Counted from the first letter of the whole stretch, positions 33,501 through 47,384 are shown. The stretch is DNA of 63,486 nt, filler included, from Perkinsus olseni (GCA_013115125.1; 21 parts of 21 records of this genome joined end to end with filler, not necessarily neighbours in it); one strand, 5' to 3'. Translations and numbers: made by a program. Notes: generated by a model not told the origin, from the sequence alone.

Positions 33501-34289
33501 GACTATCAACCGGTCAAAACCCNNNNNNNNNNNNNNNNNNNNNNNNNNNNNNNNNNNNNNNNNNNNTTAATTAATTAANNNNNNNNNNNNNNNNNNNNNN
33601 NNNNNNNNNNNNNNNNNNNNNNTTCGTCGACTGCCCCCAAAAAACAGCCAAAAATAGCCCATGGTGTAACGGCCGTGGCGAGCGACACGACAGCCTTCTA
33701 AACCCGACACTTGCCCTGGAGAAATGGATTTACTCGTCGCTTCCGTACTGGGCCAGCGCTCTGGGGTTGTTACAGGTTTCAAACCCGGATTTCGTCAAAA
33801 AGACTAGAAACGGGTTTTATGACTCTTGGCCGAAGAGTCTTGAATCATGTAAGTTGGGCAATACACGGGCAGGGGCAGATTCGAATATGTGGATTCCACA
33901 AATTAAAGATTCAAAGATCTTAATCTTTGGGGGAGTCAAAGATTAAGATGTAGCAACGTATCTCTGTATCTGATGCGTGGATGTGTCGCCTTCACCGCTC
34001 AAGTTTGGCTGTTTTCTTGTCGGGAAAATCTCGTTTATGTAGAACACTTCGGTACTAACGGATGCGTGTATAGCAGGGTGGCTCAAAAGCCGGGAATATA
34101 GCCGGGAAGAAAGAATGCATTCTTTTCCATGAAAGCAAGCCCTCCGAATTTTTTCGCGCACCTTAGGCCCGCCAGTCCGCCTGTACTGGCTGCTCCCTCC
34201 CTCAGGTCGAACCATTGAAATGAAGCACCTAGGTACCCAAGAAGAATGCAGACGGTCTACAGTGCACCATTCTTCCATGGAATGTTGAG

Positions 34290-34338
34290 CATTTTTTCTT
34301 CCATGTATCACACTGTGTGATACATGGAAGAAAAAATG
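34290..34338. repeat. Perfect inverted repeat: 24-bp arms, 1-nt centre
   Basis: CATTTTTTCTTCCATGTATCACAC-T-GTGTGATACATGGAAGAAAAAATG. Confidence 0.92.
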
Positions 34339-37300
34339 TGTGATTCATACACAAGTTAGACCCGGGAAGTGACCCAGAGGGCTTGCGATACGTAAATGTT
34401 CAAGTTAACCGCGTGGCCACTGGCCAGGTGGCTTACGAAAAATGCAATCTCTGGCAGAGTCATAAGTTTAAGCCAGAGACCCTCTCCACTCTCAACTCAA
34501 CTTGTCGTGATTCAAAAAACGTGCGACTGACCTCAGTGCTAGAGCCAGAAGCATGAATCCTCGAGAAATCAACATGGACCTCCATATTATAATATAATTT
34601 AAATTATAGGCGCCAGAGTGACCCTACCGTAGGTCACCTACTCAAGGCCGCCGTACGGGCGACGATCTTGGGCCACCAATCGAATGTCTGCAAGCGTCTG
34701 ACAGAAGTTTGCCTACGTTACTGACGTAGTCGAGCTTCGGGTGGAAGTTGATGCGCCCCGCTATGACCCTGAGTGGATCGCGCGAGAGCCTGAGAAGCTC
34801 CCAGGTAGCCTGATGACTACACCATTTGCCGTGCAAGTGTCGACAGCAAGCGAACATTGTTCGCCGAACAAGCAAGTTTGACGTTGAGCATGCAAGTTGA
34901 CAGATGTTACCCCACGAGCGTCAATGTGAACTTCACAGTCCGACAAGCTCGACAAGAGCTTGTCGAACTTGTCCGCAAGAATGACAGACTGTCATTGACA
35001 GTATAACTGACAGTTTAACTGTCACAGTTATACTGTCATTCTTGCAGACGATATTGCCAATCAAGTTGGTTGTTACAGCCAGCCTACCTGAGGTAGCCTG
35101 TAGACTGCTCGAGTCCATCATTTTCCCGCCGGTTACGAAGACGCGCGAGTAACGACGCACGGATAGTTCTTGCCGCTCGCTTCCAATATTCCGCTTGCTC
35201 AAGCGGAGCACGCCTCACAGAGGTCCACACAATTCGTACCTGCGGTTCGAATCTGTGGCGGCCCAGTGGGGCCTCGCGATTTGCAGACATACGAGATAAA
35301 CCTCCCACTGCGGCGGACCTGAGTCCTGGCGTATGAGGCGCTATTCGACGTTCGGTCACGCTCATGTTGTCTAATCATGAATGATGATTCATCATCTGCT
35401 ATGTGAGAAACCTGGCGCCAGACGCTCCGAGCCATCCCGAGATTATATTGGCAGTTATTCCTCTCATCAATCCTATTACAATGATGACCATCATTGGCCG
35501 CAGCCCGCTGCTCATGCTTTTTGCCTTGCCTTCATTCGAGGCCGTGCGTAGTAGTAGTGGAGATCAAGAAGTCCCAGAAGTGAGTAGCTTGTTCCTTGGA
35601 CACGACAGTACGTTGGTGCCACTGTGTCTGCAGGTGCGAGCGCAGACTGTGGACTTTAAAGACCTGAGCGCTTCCGGCGCTACTGTAAGTATCTGGTCAA
35701 GTTGCGTGCTTCTTGCATCGTACAAGCTGTAAACACAATCTGCAAGACGGCCGACTCTTTCCCTCCTCTTCAGTTCAACATCAGTCATGTGAATAGAGAG
35801 GAGGGCACCGTCTGTCATCTCGAGTGGAGCTATTTCGATCCCGGCCGAGCCCGCGAGGACCTAGATCTCTATATTCATTTAAGGCTTGTTTCAATGGGGA
35901 AGAATGCATTCTTTCTTCCCGGCTATATTCCCGGGAATTCCCGAAAATTCCCCAAAATTCCCGGGAATGGGAAGAATGATCCATTCTTCCCACTTTTGGG
36001 CCACCCTGCTGTATGGCCTAGAATTTTTCGAGTGGTGCCGTCGCGGGTTATATACTCGGACTCAGTGGGGTCCCAGGTATCAGCATAAGCCTTCATATAA
36101 GTGAAAGCCTTCTGTTCCGTGTCTAGACGGGCCCAGAAACGAAGCTCCCTTCTCATGCGCCCGTCGTGAGCCATGTACCACCAATAGAGTTTGCAAAAGT
36201 CACCTTCTTCTCCTGGGAGACTGTCCAGGCTGACGTCGTACTGACACGGAGAAGCAGACTTGACAGCAAGCACGGCTGTACGCATGAACGACCGCGGACT
36301 CCGCGGTGGTTCGCGGAGTCCAAGGCTACTTACTAAGTAAGTCTTACTTTCCAGTCTATGTCATCTTGTCATCTTGTATCTTCCCGCAGCGTCATGCTAG
36401 GACCCGTCTACTCGATGCTACCGCTGTATAAGTTCGTTTATATCTTTTGAGTCGGAGGCTTCGGTTCGCACGTATAACGAGTGCGTTTGGTTTTGGATTA
36501 ATTCGGTTGAAATTCCGGCGCATGATGCGCTGCGCATNNNNNNNNNNNNNNNNNNNNNNNNNNNNNNNNNNNNNNNNNNNNTTAATTAATTAANNNNNNN
36601 NNNNNNNNNNNNNNNNNNNNNNNNNNNNNNNNNNNNNCACGCAGCTGCACGTAGACTACTGTGACGTAGTGACCAATAATCCTTTATAGTTCTCAAATAA
36701 TATTCATTCCTCTTGCGACACCCACGATTCGCGCAAGGCGTTTCGAAGCGGCGTAACACAAGGCGCACCGCACATAGGGAGAGTGCGTATGGAATGGCGG
36801 CGGCGGCGGCTAATGATAGGCGACGTATCCTCACTGGCAGGGATCACAAACCGAGTTGAACCGAAGAGCAGATCATGGAACCTCTTTCAAGAAGGGTAGC
36901 TTATCACGGAGTTTCCTCGGTGGACGCAAATCAGCGCCGTGAGGAACCGCAACCTTACCGACGGGGTCACGTTGAAGAGGGGTGCGAACTGAAGTTTATC
37001 CGATAAGCTTCAGTTCAGACGATAAACGTTATCGTCATCTCTCGCGTCTAATGGTGTTATGTGAATACTCCCAGGCATTATGGTGTACTGATGCGGCCAG
37101 CTATGCGCTGATGCAGACACCCCTTGTAACCTCAGCTAACAGCTCTTGACGAAAGGGGGTCACTAGCCATTACTATTTTACTGCCTATTATATACTTTTT
37201 CATGCGCTTCTCCTAAGTTCCATCGTAGCATTCATTCCGAAGCTCAAAAAATGACATCGACTTCTATGGCATAACCGTGCGCTCAAGACGAACATGCACT

Positions 37301-37428
37301 GTTGCACCATAGAGTTCCGCCGGCGCTTGATCAGCTCTCGTCCCCCAATCACTGACAACCCGACAACAGCAAACTACTGGTAGAGGCACAGATGAAACTA
37401 AAAGTATTCTGTTGAATACACCATCTAT

Positions 37429-38555
37429 TCAATGAACCACTCCCTCGGCCACAGCGGGGAGTGACTTCACTTCCCGTTTTTCGCGCCACAGCTGCACCGC
37501 AGAGTTGGACGCCACCAATTCTTGGATTCTCCGTATCTTTCCATAAGGTGCCAAAATAGACGGCTGGATGTTCAACTGTATGATGTTAAACATCCAGTAA
37601 AATACTGAATCGATAACCTGAAAACAAAACCGAATAACAAAGTTCGGAAAATCACAAGCGATCGTTGCTCGAAGGTGCTGACCAATCGCGGCACCGACGG
37701 AGCTCAGGTAATTTCGGCGAGGACTACAGGCTCATAGAGGCTCTAATGAGGTCAGATTCTTACCAGATCGGATATTGTAAGGTGGTCTCCAGCTGAGTAC
37801 TTGTTGTCACCGATCATGTGCTCGACTCTGCCGAAATAGAACGGATAAATTGTTTTTAAAAGCTCCTGAGCAGCGAAGAACAATAGTGATATAAATATGA
37901 TGAAGACGATGAAATCAATAGATATAATATGATTCTGCATTCCCATACGACGACAGAAAAACTCGAGCCTGACATGCACTCTCACAAGCGACCGGAACCA
38001 CGCGATATCAGCAATAGGAAGCGCCTTACCTCCCTCGCCGCTTCTTTTGCAGGGCTGTCCTGCATGACATTAACAACCCTCGTCTTCTCTCTGATATCGG
38101 CTAAAGTTTCCATCATCTGATCCACGCGTAGTCTCTCCAGAGAGTCATCAGGGTACAGACCATACGAAGGGCGCAGCTAAAATGAATGACAACGCTCAAC
38201 ACATCCTAGCCCCCAATGTAGAAGCCGAAGAAAAATAACGAAAGGTACGCTTACAGAAGCCACGTATCTCAGAATGGCGTAGCTTTGGACAGCCATTTTC
38301 CCATCGGGGAACTCTAACACGGGTAGCTGGTCAAGCGGAAACACATGGTTTGGCTTGAGGTTCTTCGCCCACGCATCCCTCGAGATTCGGTGATCGATGA
38401 AAGGGATACCTACGACTCCTCACCAGTTCAATGAGGCACCCACAAGCGGACCATGACCGCCGCACGATTTACTCACCTTGAATGGCGAATGATAGACGAA
38501 TCGGTTCAGCTCTAGCAGCTAAGTCGAAATAGTGGAGTTTCAGGAGGCTAGACAT
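37429..38555 (-). CDS. Glutathione S-transferase (sigma-like), multi-exon
   Basis: MSSLLKLHYFDLAARAEPIRL, FPLDQLPVLE, QSYAILRYVA, GLYPDDSLERLRVD and YSAGDHLTISDL, with GT-AG introns. Confidence 0.9.
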
Positions 38556-39689
38556 TGACCAATGAAGTTTGAACGATTCGCTTAGATGTCATGTTCTCAT
38601 TCGAACCATATACCATTTCGTATTCGGTACACTCAACTTTCGCTCTGGTCATTAACTAACTGAGCACTCTCACGTCCCTGATGAAGCTCTGTGGTGAGAA
38701 GATAGCAGTTCGCATGACCGGCTCGATGAGCCAATCACAGCAGCCTTCCGGGCGTGTTGCAAGCACGATGACTGGACCGCTCCTTTGTGGCTAGAATACA
38801 CACGATCTTGCAGAGGGAACCGACACAAAATTCGCTAACGAGAAAGTTGTCCCGGATTGAGTCGTCAACTCGGCGTGGAGACAACCAACAGCACTCCACG
38901 GAATTTATTTGACTCGAGAGAAGCTTCTGCAAGATTATTACAGGGAGCCTCCCGCATGAACCCGAAGCGAGATCCGCCCTTCATCAAAGACGTGGTGCCG
39001 CTGGGCTTAGGACACTGGGAACTAGCGCGCGATCGAGGGAGGCAGAATTCCGTTTGGTAACGGAATATAGAAATGTCCCCAGGACTCCTGGACCAGGAGG
39101 CCGGTATTTCACTCAACTCATAGACGCAGGGTGTACAGCTATAATGAATGATAATCAAAAACAAAACCGCTCTTACACACTGGCTACTGTCGCCGCGCGA
39201 ACAGGTCCTGCCATATTGATGGCTGGCCCGTCCTTCCCAGTCTTCCAGCAAAGCTCTCAATGGACAACACAACCGAACTCAGATAAAGGAAACTATTTAT
39301 GACAAAAAGACAACTGAAACCATGGTCAACCACCGCTGGGACTACGAGGTGGGAATCTAAGAGCTGGCGCTGACCTCCCGCTTCTCCCCCCATGCGGTGA
39401 CCCTGGGGTCGGCATGTACGTTGGACAGGATACGTTTGAGATTGAAGTAGGTATCGCAGATGGTCGGTGGGAAACCATCAATACAGGGTGTTCCAATTCG
39501 ATATGCAAATCACAAAAATCAGTCTAATTCAGCACATACTACGTGTTTGAGNNNNNNNNNNNNNNNNNNNNNNNNNNNNNNNNNNNNNNNNNNNNTTAAT
39601 TAATTAANNNNNNNNNNNNNNNNNNNNNNNNNNNNNNNNNNNNNNNNNNNNCTGAAGTTGAGTTTTTCCCTCCAGTCCTTCCATCAGCT

Positions 39690-40925
39690 ATGGCGCAACG
39701 CAGAGACGAGCAGCAAATCGTGCAACCGGACCAGCTGGCTCTGGGAGCGGCGGCGGGTGACGACGGCGACAACAGAGTCGAGAATGACGACGGTGAGAGC
39801 GTGGTCAGCCAAGAGCATGTGGTGGTCGACGCCGACGAGAACGACGGGGGCAACGTCGAACCTCGCAATGCCGAGGCCGAGGCTGCGGCCGAGGCGCTCA
39901 GGAATCTACCGTATAAGGCGGCCGAGTTCTTGAGGCAGAACGCCACCCTGAGTGCCCAGAGAGATATTGCTAGTTGCCTAGTCAGGCTCGGTGTGACCAA
40001 CGAGGTTCTTCTGCGAGACTTGCACGGAGCCTGTGATGAGGTTGCTAGAGAGTTGGATCAGCCAGCTAATGCGGTGGCCTTGAGATCTCTGGCCCGTCAT
40101 TATGCAGCGGACTCATCCGCTCGCGGTCACAAACGCAAGCGTGCGTCGACTGAGGTGGACGAGGATACTTTGCCCGTGCTGCAACGGGAGTTTGAAGCTA
40201 TCCACGGTATGCGTGTGCCTGGCCGATACCTGCTCGGGGCTACGGCCTTCGGAAAGCTTAGCAAGAAGCAGATGGTACAGCTATCCGAGTGCGGGATGGT
40301 GTCGAGGAGTGGGCAATCCGAGGACCTTTTGCTCCGTTTCAACAAGCTTACCGGTGAGCTCAGCTCTGGGGTCACAGAATCCAGGGAGTCTACTGCTGAC
40401 AACCCGTCCTGCCAATCGGCAGATTTCTTTTTACGCTTGGGCAGGTGGTTGCTCACGGCCTCGTTATTGAAGCTCGCTTCACCGCTGGAAGGCCTTCTCT
40501 ACCTCACTAGGGTCGCCGAAATGGGCCGGGCCAGCGGGGTGTCTTACATGCAAAGCGCTGACTCAGAGTTGCGAGCCGAGTTAGGCGCTAGTAGCTGCGA
40601 CGAGCCGTGGGGTAAACAGCTGGCTCAGGGGCACCATGACATCCTGTCTCGTCATGGACAAGCCGGCAAGACTGCCATCGCGCTCAGTCGGTCTGTTACT
40701 AACGGTCGCGGGTCCTCGCATTCGTCTAAGCCATCAACCTCGAGAAGCTCGTCTGATTGGAGGTCCGATGATATCTGCCGTCTCTTCCAGCGTGGCAAAT
40801 GCCACTATGGGGATAACTGCAAGTTCCGTCACGTGAAGCAGAGGTTCGAAGGCCGCCGAGGAAAGAAGAATGGAAGCGACGTTAAGCAAGAGGACACTGG
40901 CCGGGGTAACGATAGGAGGTCTTAG
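39690..40925 (+). CDS. Gag-like ORF1 of a DIRS/Ngaro-type retrotransposon, with a CCCH zinc finger
   Basis: C-terminal CRLFQRGKCHYGDNCKFRH (C-x7-C-x5-C-x3-H); lies directly upstream of an RT ORF. Confidence 0.7.
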   Translation: MAQRRDEQQIVQPDQLALGAAAGDDGDNRVENDDGESVVSQEHVVVDADENDGGNVEPRNAEAEAAAEALRNLPYKAAEFLRQNATLSAQRDIASCLVRLGVTNEVLLRDLHGACDEVARELDQPANAVALRSLARHYAADSSARGHKRKRASTEVDEDTLPVLQREFEAIHGMRVPGRYLLGATAFGKLSKKQMVQLSECGMVSRSGQSEDLLLRFNKLTGELSSGVTESRESTADNPSCQSADFFLRLGRWLLTASLLKLASPLEGLLYLTRVAEMGRASGVSYMQSADSELRAELGASSCDEPWGKQLAQGHHDILSRHGQAGKTAIALSRSVTNGRGSSHSSKPSTSRSSSDWRSDDICRLFQRGKCHYGDNCKFRHVKQRFEGRRGKKNGSDVKQEDTGRGNDRRS

Positions 40926-41334
40926 GCTTCGGCCGAGCCTTCAGCTGCCGACGTCAGCAGCGCTTGAGGGACAGATGTCAGTCCCAAGAGCTAAGCAACG
41001 TGACGCATGTCGCGTTTTTGATTGCCGTAGCACTGTGTGTAGCTGACTGTAGCTAGCAGCCGAGTTTCCTTTCGTAGTCGGCCTAATCTGGCATTACGAG
41101 ATGCAGTGAAACAATATGCGAGTCTGCTCGACTTTGGATTCTGAGTATGCACTTAAGTTTCGCCAGCGAGGAGCTACTGCGTTCGTTATTTAGTGTAAGC
41201 ACAACTCGCGAAGATAACATCGCTCGGTCTCAGGCCGTTCGCCTCCGAGCCTTGGCGACAAGTCGAGACCGGCCAGTTCATCAGCTCTCGCAACACCTTC
41301 TGACAACGAGTGCGAGCTCCACGCGGCTGACTGT

Positions 41335-42565
41335 TTGGAACGGGCACGAAAGCATATCTCGGAAAGCCTTGAGCAGCTCACATTTGTGAAAGACGGAGCG
41401 TTCGGATACACGTCGGACAGCGAACCACCGCTCACCGCCGCCCAGAAAGCTGTGGGCGAGAAAATTGGGGAAATAATATGGGCTGAGTCATCGGCCAATG
41501 GTTTCACGGAGGCATTTGAGGCCGTGTCGGGTACTCCCACTGCTGAGCAAGTCGCGAGATTGGAGGAGACAAGCCAGGCCTCGGCTACTAAGGCTAGGAA
41601 GAGGATATCCGAACTTTTAGGGGTCGAGCCAGGGAAAAGAGACAATGGAGGCCGCATATATTGTGGCCTGTTGGATGCCCTTGTCAGGAAACTGGGAGTG
41701 CCGGACGTGGCTCTGAGCTCCATACTCAGAGTGGGAGTCCCTATAGGGATCAGCAAAGAAGTTCCTCCGTGCCCATTGTACCCACCGTACGACCCTAAAC
41801 GGTACGACCCGTACCCAGCTAGCGAGAATAGGAACTATAAGTCTATGGACCATCCTGACGTGGTGGGGGCGGTGGGCCGGCTGATTGCTGAAGAGGTCGA
41901 GGCCGGGTACCTGCGGGTTCTGGACGACGTGCAGGCGGCAGACCCGTCCAGAACCTACGTCAGTAGGGGAGCCATCCCGAAAGGGGAGACGTACCGCTCG
42001 GGCATAAGGGTGATAGAAGATTATAGGCGCAATAATATCAATCTGTCCTGCGCCATACCTAACTCGACGGTCTTACCCAACATCGTTAGCCTCCGTACCA
42101 AGGTCGGGTCCCTCCTAGATCGGTGGCCCCACGAGAAATACAGGGCTCTGAAGCTGGACTTGCGAAGTGCCTATAGGGCTATAGCTGTGCACCCGGCGGA
42201 GAGAAAGCATCTGTCGTTTCGCCATGTCGGGGAGGATGGCCGCCAACGTTCCTACGAAAATGTGACCCTGCCCTTCGGCCTCGCGTGCTCAGCCTATTGG
42301 TTCGTGAGGTTCGCGACGGTAGGGCAGCAGTGCATCACTGTGGTGGTGAGGGCATTTACGGCAGCGTTGCTGGTCGCGAAGGAGTCCTCGAAGTCAGGGA
42401 GCTTGACTGAGCAGGGCGCTTTCCCAGGGACAGGCGTCCAGTATGTAGACGACGGGTTTTGGTGCCTGGCATCTTGCATCTACACCCGGGCGAGCGTCAT
42501 CATATGCTTGCTATGGATTATCATCGGGCCAGAAATGAGTTTCCCAAAACTCCGGGCGAACGTGG
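41335..42565 (+). mobile_element. Reverse transcriptase of a DIRS/Ngaro-like retrotransposon, 3' truncated
   Basis: LRVGVPIG, RVIEDYRRNNIN, KLDLRSAYRAI, LPFGLACSAYWF and YVDD. No protease motif between gag and RT. Confidence 0.8.
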
Positions 42566-45500
42566 NNNNNNNNNNNNNNNNNNNNNNNNNNNNNNNNNNN
42601 NNNNNNNNNTTAATTAATTAANNNNNNNNNNNNNNNNNNNNNNNNNNNNNNNNNNNNNNNNNNNNATATCTTCGGACGAATCCAAAATCTTCGCTGTGCG
42701 CAAATCCTCTAGAATTAATACGGCAATGGTCGCGCTGAGATCATTCACCAATTTCCCATTTTCTTGCAGAATCGCCGAGAGAAGGTCTTCGAGGAACGAT
42801 TCCCTTTGTGATGGTGTTAGCTGAGACGCCATCAACAGAGCAACGCTTTCTCGGGAATCTGCATTTGCTTGAAGATTCTCATTGAGCGTAGCGACGGCTG
42901 AGAGGGACGCAAGCATCGAAGGAGCTGTGAAACACTGAGAATCTTAGGTCGATCATGGTTAATCACGGATCGAAACTTTGGAATCTTTCGAATCGGAAGA
43001 TTCTTCTCCCTTAGTGAAGCTTATTCCCTGCTACCGAGGTCTCCAAAATTTCCTGCAAATCCTCGAGAATGATGTTGAATGACTTTCGTTATTTCGCATA
43101 GCATTACTTTGATCGGCCAAACATGATGCCCCGAGAGCATTGCTCCCCATGAAATGTAATATCGCAAAAAATCTATTTACTTTTCCAAGTATCAAAAGAA
43201 TTCACCCAAAACAATTTCGAAAAATCAATCAATAATGATCAAGATTTAACACGTAATTTTCATGGAAGGAATTCCAGTGGCACAATTCAAGGATTAGAGA
43301 ACCCCGTACTGCGAACACAAGAAGGCCGAGTTGTCGAACAACAATTGCAATCAGACAATCCATGTAAAGGCAACTCGCCGTACCACTCCTTCAACTACTC
43401 ATCCTCGTCCTCTCGAGTCAAGTCTTTCCCGAGCGCCTTTACCGCCTGAAGCCGAACAGGGATCCCCCATCGCCCGAGAGAAAGGGAAGGTGCGGTATGT
43501 ACGGATGATAAATATTATCGATCAGATAATGAGAAGTTTTATCGGTCATCTACGTCGATGGTATCTTATGTCGAAGCCCTCAAGATACCACTCAAACCTG
43601 GGTCACCAGGATAGCAGTCAGCCGCTCTACGTACTGAACTAAACCGGGCTCGAGTCCACCGGGCTCACGCGAAGTTCAAAGCCGCGTTTGAACTTGCTCG
43701 TCGTGGCGGAGCGGAGCACGATTCACGCTCTAGGAACGTTCCTAAGGCAATTTCTTCGGGAACTCGGTCAATGAACATGCCTGAAGCTCATGCCCAGACA
43801 TGTTCCCGAAAGTTTTCAGGAATGTGTTTGTTGAACACAAACACTGGAAACGAACTCACGCGTATCTATTGAACAGCCCGCATGAGTCGTTGGAGGCGAT
43901 AGCGGAGCCGTCAGGGTTCGGCGCGCAAGTGGATACGCATACATGGGAAGTTCTTAACGAGTAAATTATTCTCCTAGTGGACTCTTACCACACGTCGGAT
44001 CATCCCAGCCTTACGCGTTGATGAGTCCTAGACTGGTCCTACTATGATAGTAGTACTATCGTTATTGCACCGACGACTCCTATGCCATACCAGCTATGGC
44101 CATTGAGGTCACATCGCCCGCTTAAACCAGAAACGGCTACAAGATGCGATGCGTGACTGATGTATATCTATGATATTCAGGAAGATGAATTTTGTGTTTG
44201 ACAATCGGATTTTATATGCTCGTAGTGACTATCCAATCCCTTTGCGTATCTCTCTCCAATGTCGAGTTCTCCAAGCAACAACCAAGGGCAGGGGGTGCCA
44301 CACACCCTCAACAAGGCTCATTTTTTGCCTTTCGAGCAGCAGGCTTTCTCTCGTTTNNNNNNNNNNNNNNNNNNNNNNNNNNNNNNNNNNNNNNNNNNNN
44401 NNNNNNNNNNNNNNNNNNNNNNNNNNNNNNNNNNNNNNNNNNNNNNNNNNNNTTTCTCTTCTTCAAAAGCCTCTACAATTCAGGAAAATTTTTTTCTGAA
44501 CCACGAGAGAGTGTCCATTCCCATAATATAATTCTTCACGACCGTCGGTGGGATACCATAGTCGACAGCTTATCAGGCTCGGAGAGCCAATTGAAGCTTT
44601 CCTTATACATCGTGCTGTACATGGTATTATACCATTGGTATAATCGCCACGTCTCTCGGCACAAAAGGCGCCGCCGGCTGTTAAGCCTATACCACGCAAT
44701 GGTGGTCTTCAAAAACTCGTCCGTCGTCAGCTGCTGTTGTAATACTCCCAGATCAACGCATAAAGCTTTCACTACCAGATCGTAATATATCGCCGGTAAA
44801 TATGATGATGTACCAACATCATAAGTTATGATGATTCATAACTCTCCGCACCTCCCCGGGGTTTCCCTCCCTTGTTATACCAAAAAAGTTCGAAATTGTC
44901 CGACAGCTTCAATGCAACCCCATACGCAATCACATAGTGAACTGGCACCGAACGGTGAGCCCGAAAGATCTTCCACCGGGAACAATGAGAGCAGTCGCCC
45001 AAAGTTTAACACCTCATATCTTCACGCCCAGCAGGTCGATTTTTCTCGAGACTGGACCATCTTCTAGGTTGCAAACTTCCTCAGACACGCCGCACATTTT
45101 ACGGGACTTTAGATCATTTTGCTGCTGTCTGAGATGCCGTTGCAGCAGTTCTCGCTTGTCTCTGCCGTCGCAACTTTCGGGCAGCATTCAATTCCCCCGG
45201 AATTGAGTAGTGGTAGGCGAGGTGGTCGTGTCGTTTTAAGGTTTGAGGGGGCGAACTGTAGACGAACCACCGCTCGTAACGAAACGAGCGGTACAGAGTG
45301 GCCGAGTTGCTGTTATTGCGGCACTCAAAGTACAGTAAGCTTCAGTGTCCGGACTTATCCCAATGACGACGAAGCAGATCATCGTTGCAGCTGCTACGGC
45401 AATGGTATCCAACATTCCAACCGGTCTCGCACTTGGTGCGATGAAGCCTGATGACGTGAGTAACCAAACCTTAGAGAAACGTATCCGTCGAAGGGACTTC

Positions 45501-47384
45501 AACCACCTGCAGAAAAGTCTTTTTCGAGGAAGTGTCCCGCTCGGTTGTGACGGAGTCACTCTGGCACATGCTTTTNNNNNNNNNNNNNNNNNNNNNNNNN
45601 NNNNNNNNNNNNNNNNNNNTTAATTAATTAANNNNNNNNNNNNNNNNNNNNNNNNNNNNNNNNNNNNNNNNNNNNATCCCCTAACTCTAAAAACTGAATG
45701 CGTGAGCCCCGTTGAAAGTTTACCTGTCTTTAGATGGCGGGTACTGTAGAACCGGTGGGCTTGTTGGAGAGGAGGAGAGAGGAATCCAAGCTTATCTGCT
45801 GAGGTAGTCAGCTCTGGTGTTCTCCTCGCTAGTAATGAGCTTCAGTTGAAACTTGACACCGTATAGCATTGAGCAGTCTATTTATAGCTTGGCGTTCGAC
45901 AGTTTTGGTCTTGATAGTTAATGGAGAACCTTTGCACCACCGATATACCGTGCTGCTATCAACATAGGCCTCGATAGTAAAAATAGAAAGTCGTCGTTCT
46001 TCATGCCATGTTACCAGTGCACTGAGAGCCTCGGCGAGACTCCTCGCCTCCTTCCTATGAATATGCCAGATAGACTCTCGCTGTGACCAGGTTCGGGAGA
46101 CTTCTTCCAGAGGGACTTCGCCAACCAAGATAGAGTAGCCGGAAGCTGTTGCCGATGCATCTGAAAATAGCCTTACACTAGTACTGTTGAAGGAAGCAGT
46201 ATGAATACAAGAGCACTTGGGCAAGAAGACCTTTAGAGCATTAATGAGAGATAACAAGTAGGAACGAACAGACGAGTCTGTGATAACTGCGTCCCACTTT
46301 TCCTATTTTCCAGCATAAGAGCGGATAGCATCACAGAGGCTCCTGCACTCAGGGTGGAGCTTCAGTAAGTCTGTGAAGTGACCAGCGATGGAGTAGGCAA
46401 TACGTTTCGTAATATGGTCACTGTCGACTTCTGGTAGAGGTTTTACTTGACATCGGTACTCAAGATTACCATCTTCTCCCAGACGAATAAGATAACCGAG
46501 ATGCTGTACCCAAGAAGTAGGGCCGTGATCATGATGAAGAAGAGAACGCTTAGAAGAGAGAAAGTCCCATCCTAAGACTCGAGCGAATGATGAGATGTAT
46601 TCGGCATGTTGAGAGAGATGTTGACCTACCAGAGAGAGATCGTCATAGTACCAAGCATGGTATTTCAATGCAGAACGCGAAGAACATTTCAGAAGTACTT
46701 CATCGAAGTGATGGGTTGCTTCCTGCAATGCCCCCGGGCCGCAATTGATACCAAACAGCATTCTCCGACATTTGAAAATTTTATTACCCGTCCTCACATA
46801 GAACGGTTCTACCGCTCTGAAACGATAGTAACATTTTGATAGATCTAACACCATCAATTCGTCACCGACCTTGAAGTGAGAGCGCAGAGAACCAAGCACT
46901 TCCGCAGTGCTGGGACCGGAATAACTCGAAGCTATACCGAGAGCATTATTAAAGGATCGCAGATCTATCACCGGTCTCACCGGCGTACTATGGCCGGGTT
47001 GACGAATAGGGAAACATACGGCAGTTGGGGCTCCTTGAGGTAGGCCTGCTGGAGAGACCTCTTTCCACCATCCCTTGGACTGATACGAGCTGATTTCCGA
47101 CCAGTAGAGAGCCCTTTCCTTGTCCGATAATAGTGACAGAAGATTCTGCGAATAGTCAGCCGGATTCTGAACTTGTACACGATCGTCGCTTCTAACCGAA
47201 TTTCGCATGTGACTTCTTGTTCTGGAGTATCCTTGACCTCATCTGGTCGTAGTGGACGTACTCGGAACTGATAACCGGTGCCGGAGCAGGCTCGTAGAGG
47301 TCGCCAAGGGCATAGTAGTTTTTGGGCTTTTTCTGAAAGTGGTTGTGAGTCAACTTGAGCCGATGATGGGGTAGCCGTAGAATG

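Noticed and set aside
34089-35935. A single 1.8-kb element bounded by these inverted repeats
   Set aside because: The likely GGCTTG termini face each other, which fits ends of two separate copies; no TSD found.
44121-44142. Spliced-leader gene or relic (CTTAAACCAGAAACGGCTAC)
   Set aside because: Several mismatches and a gap versus the SL; no donor or Sm-site context.
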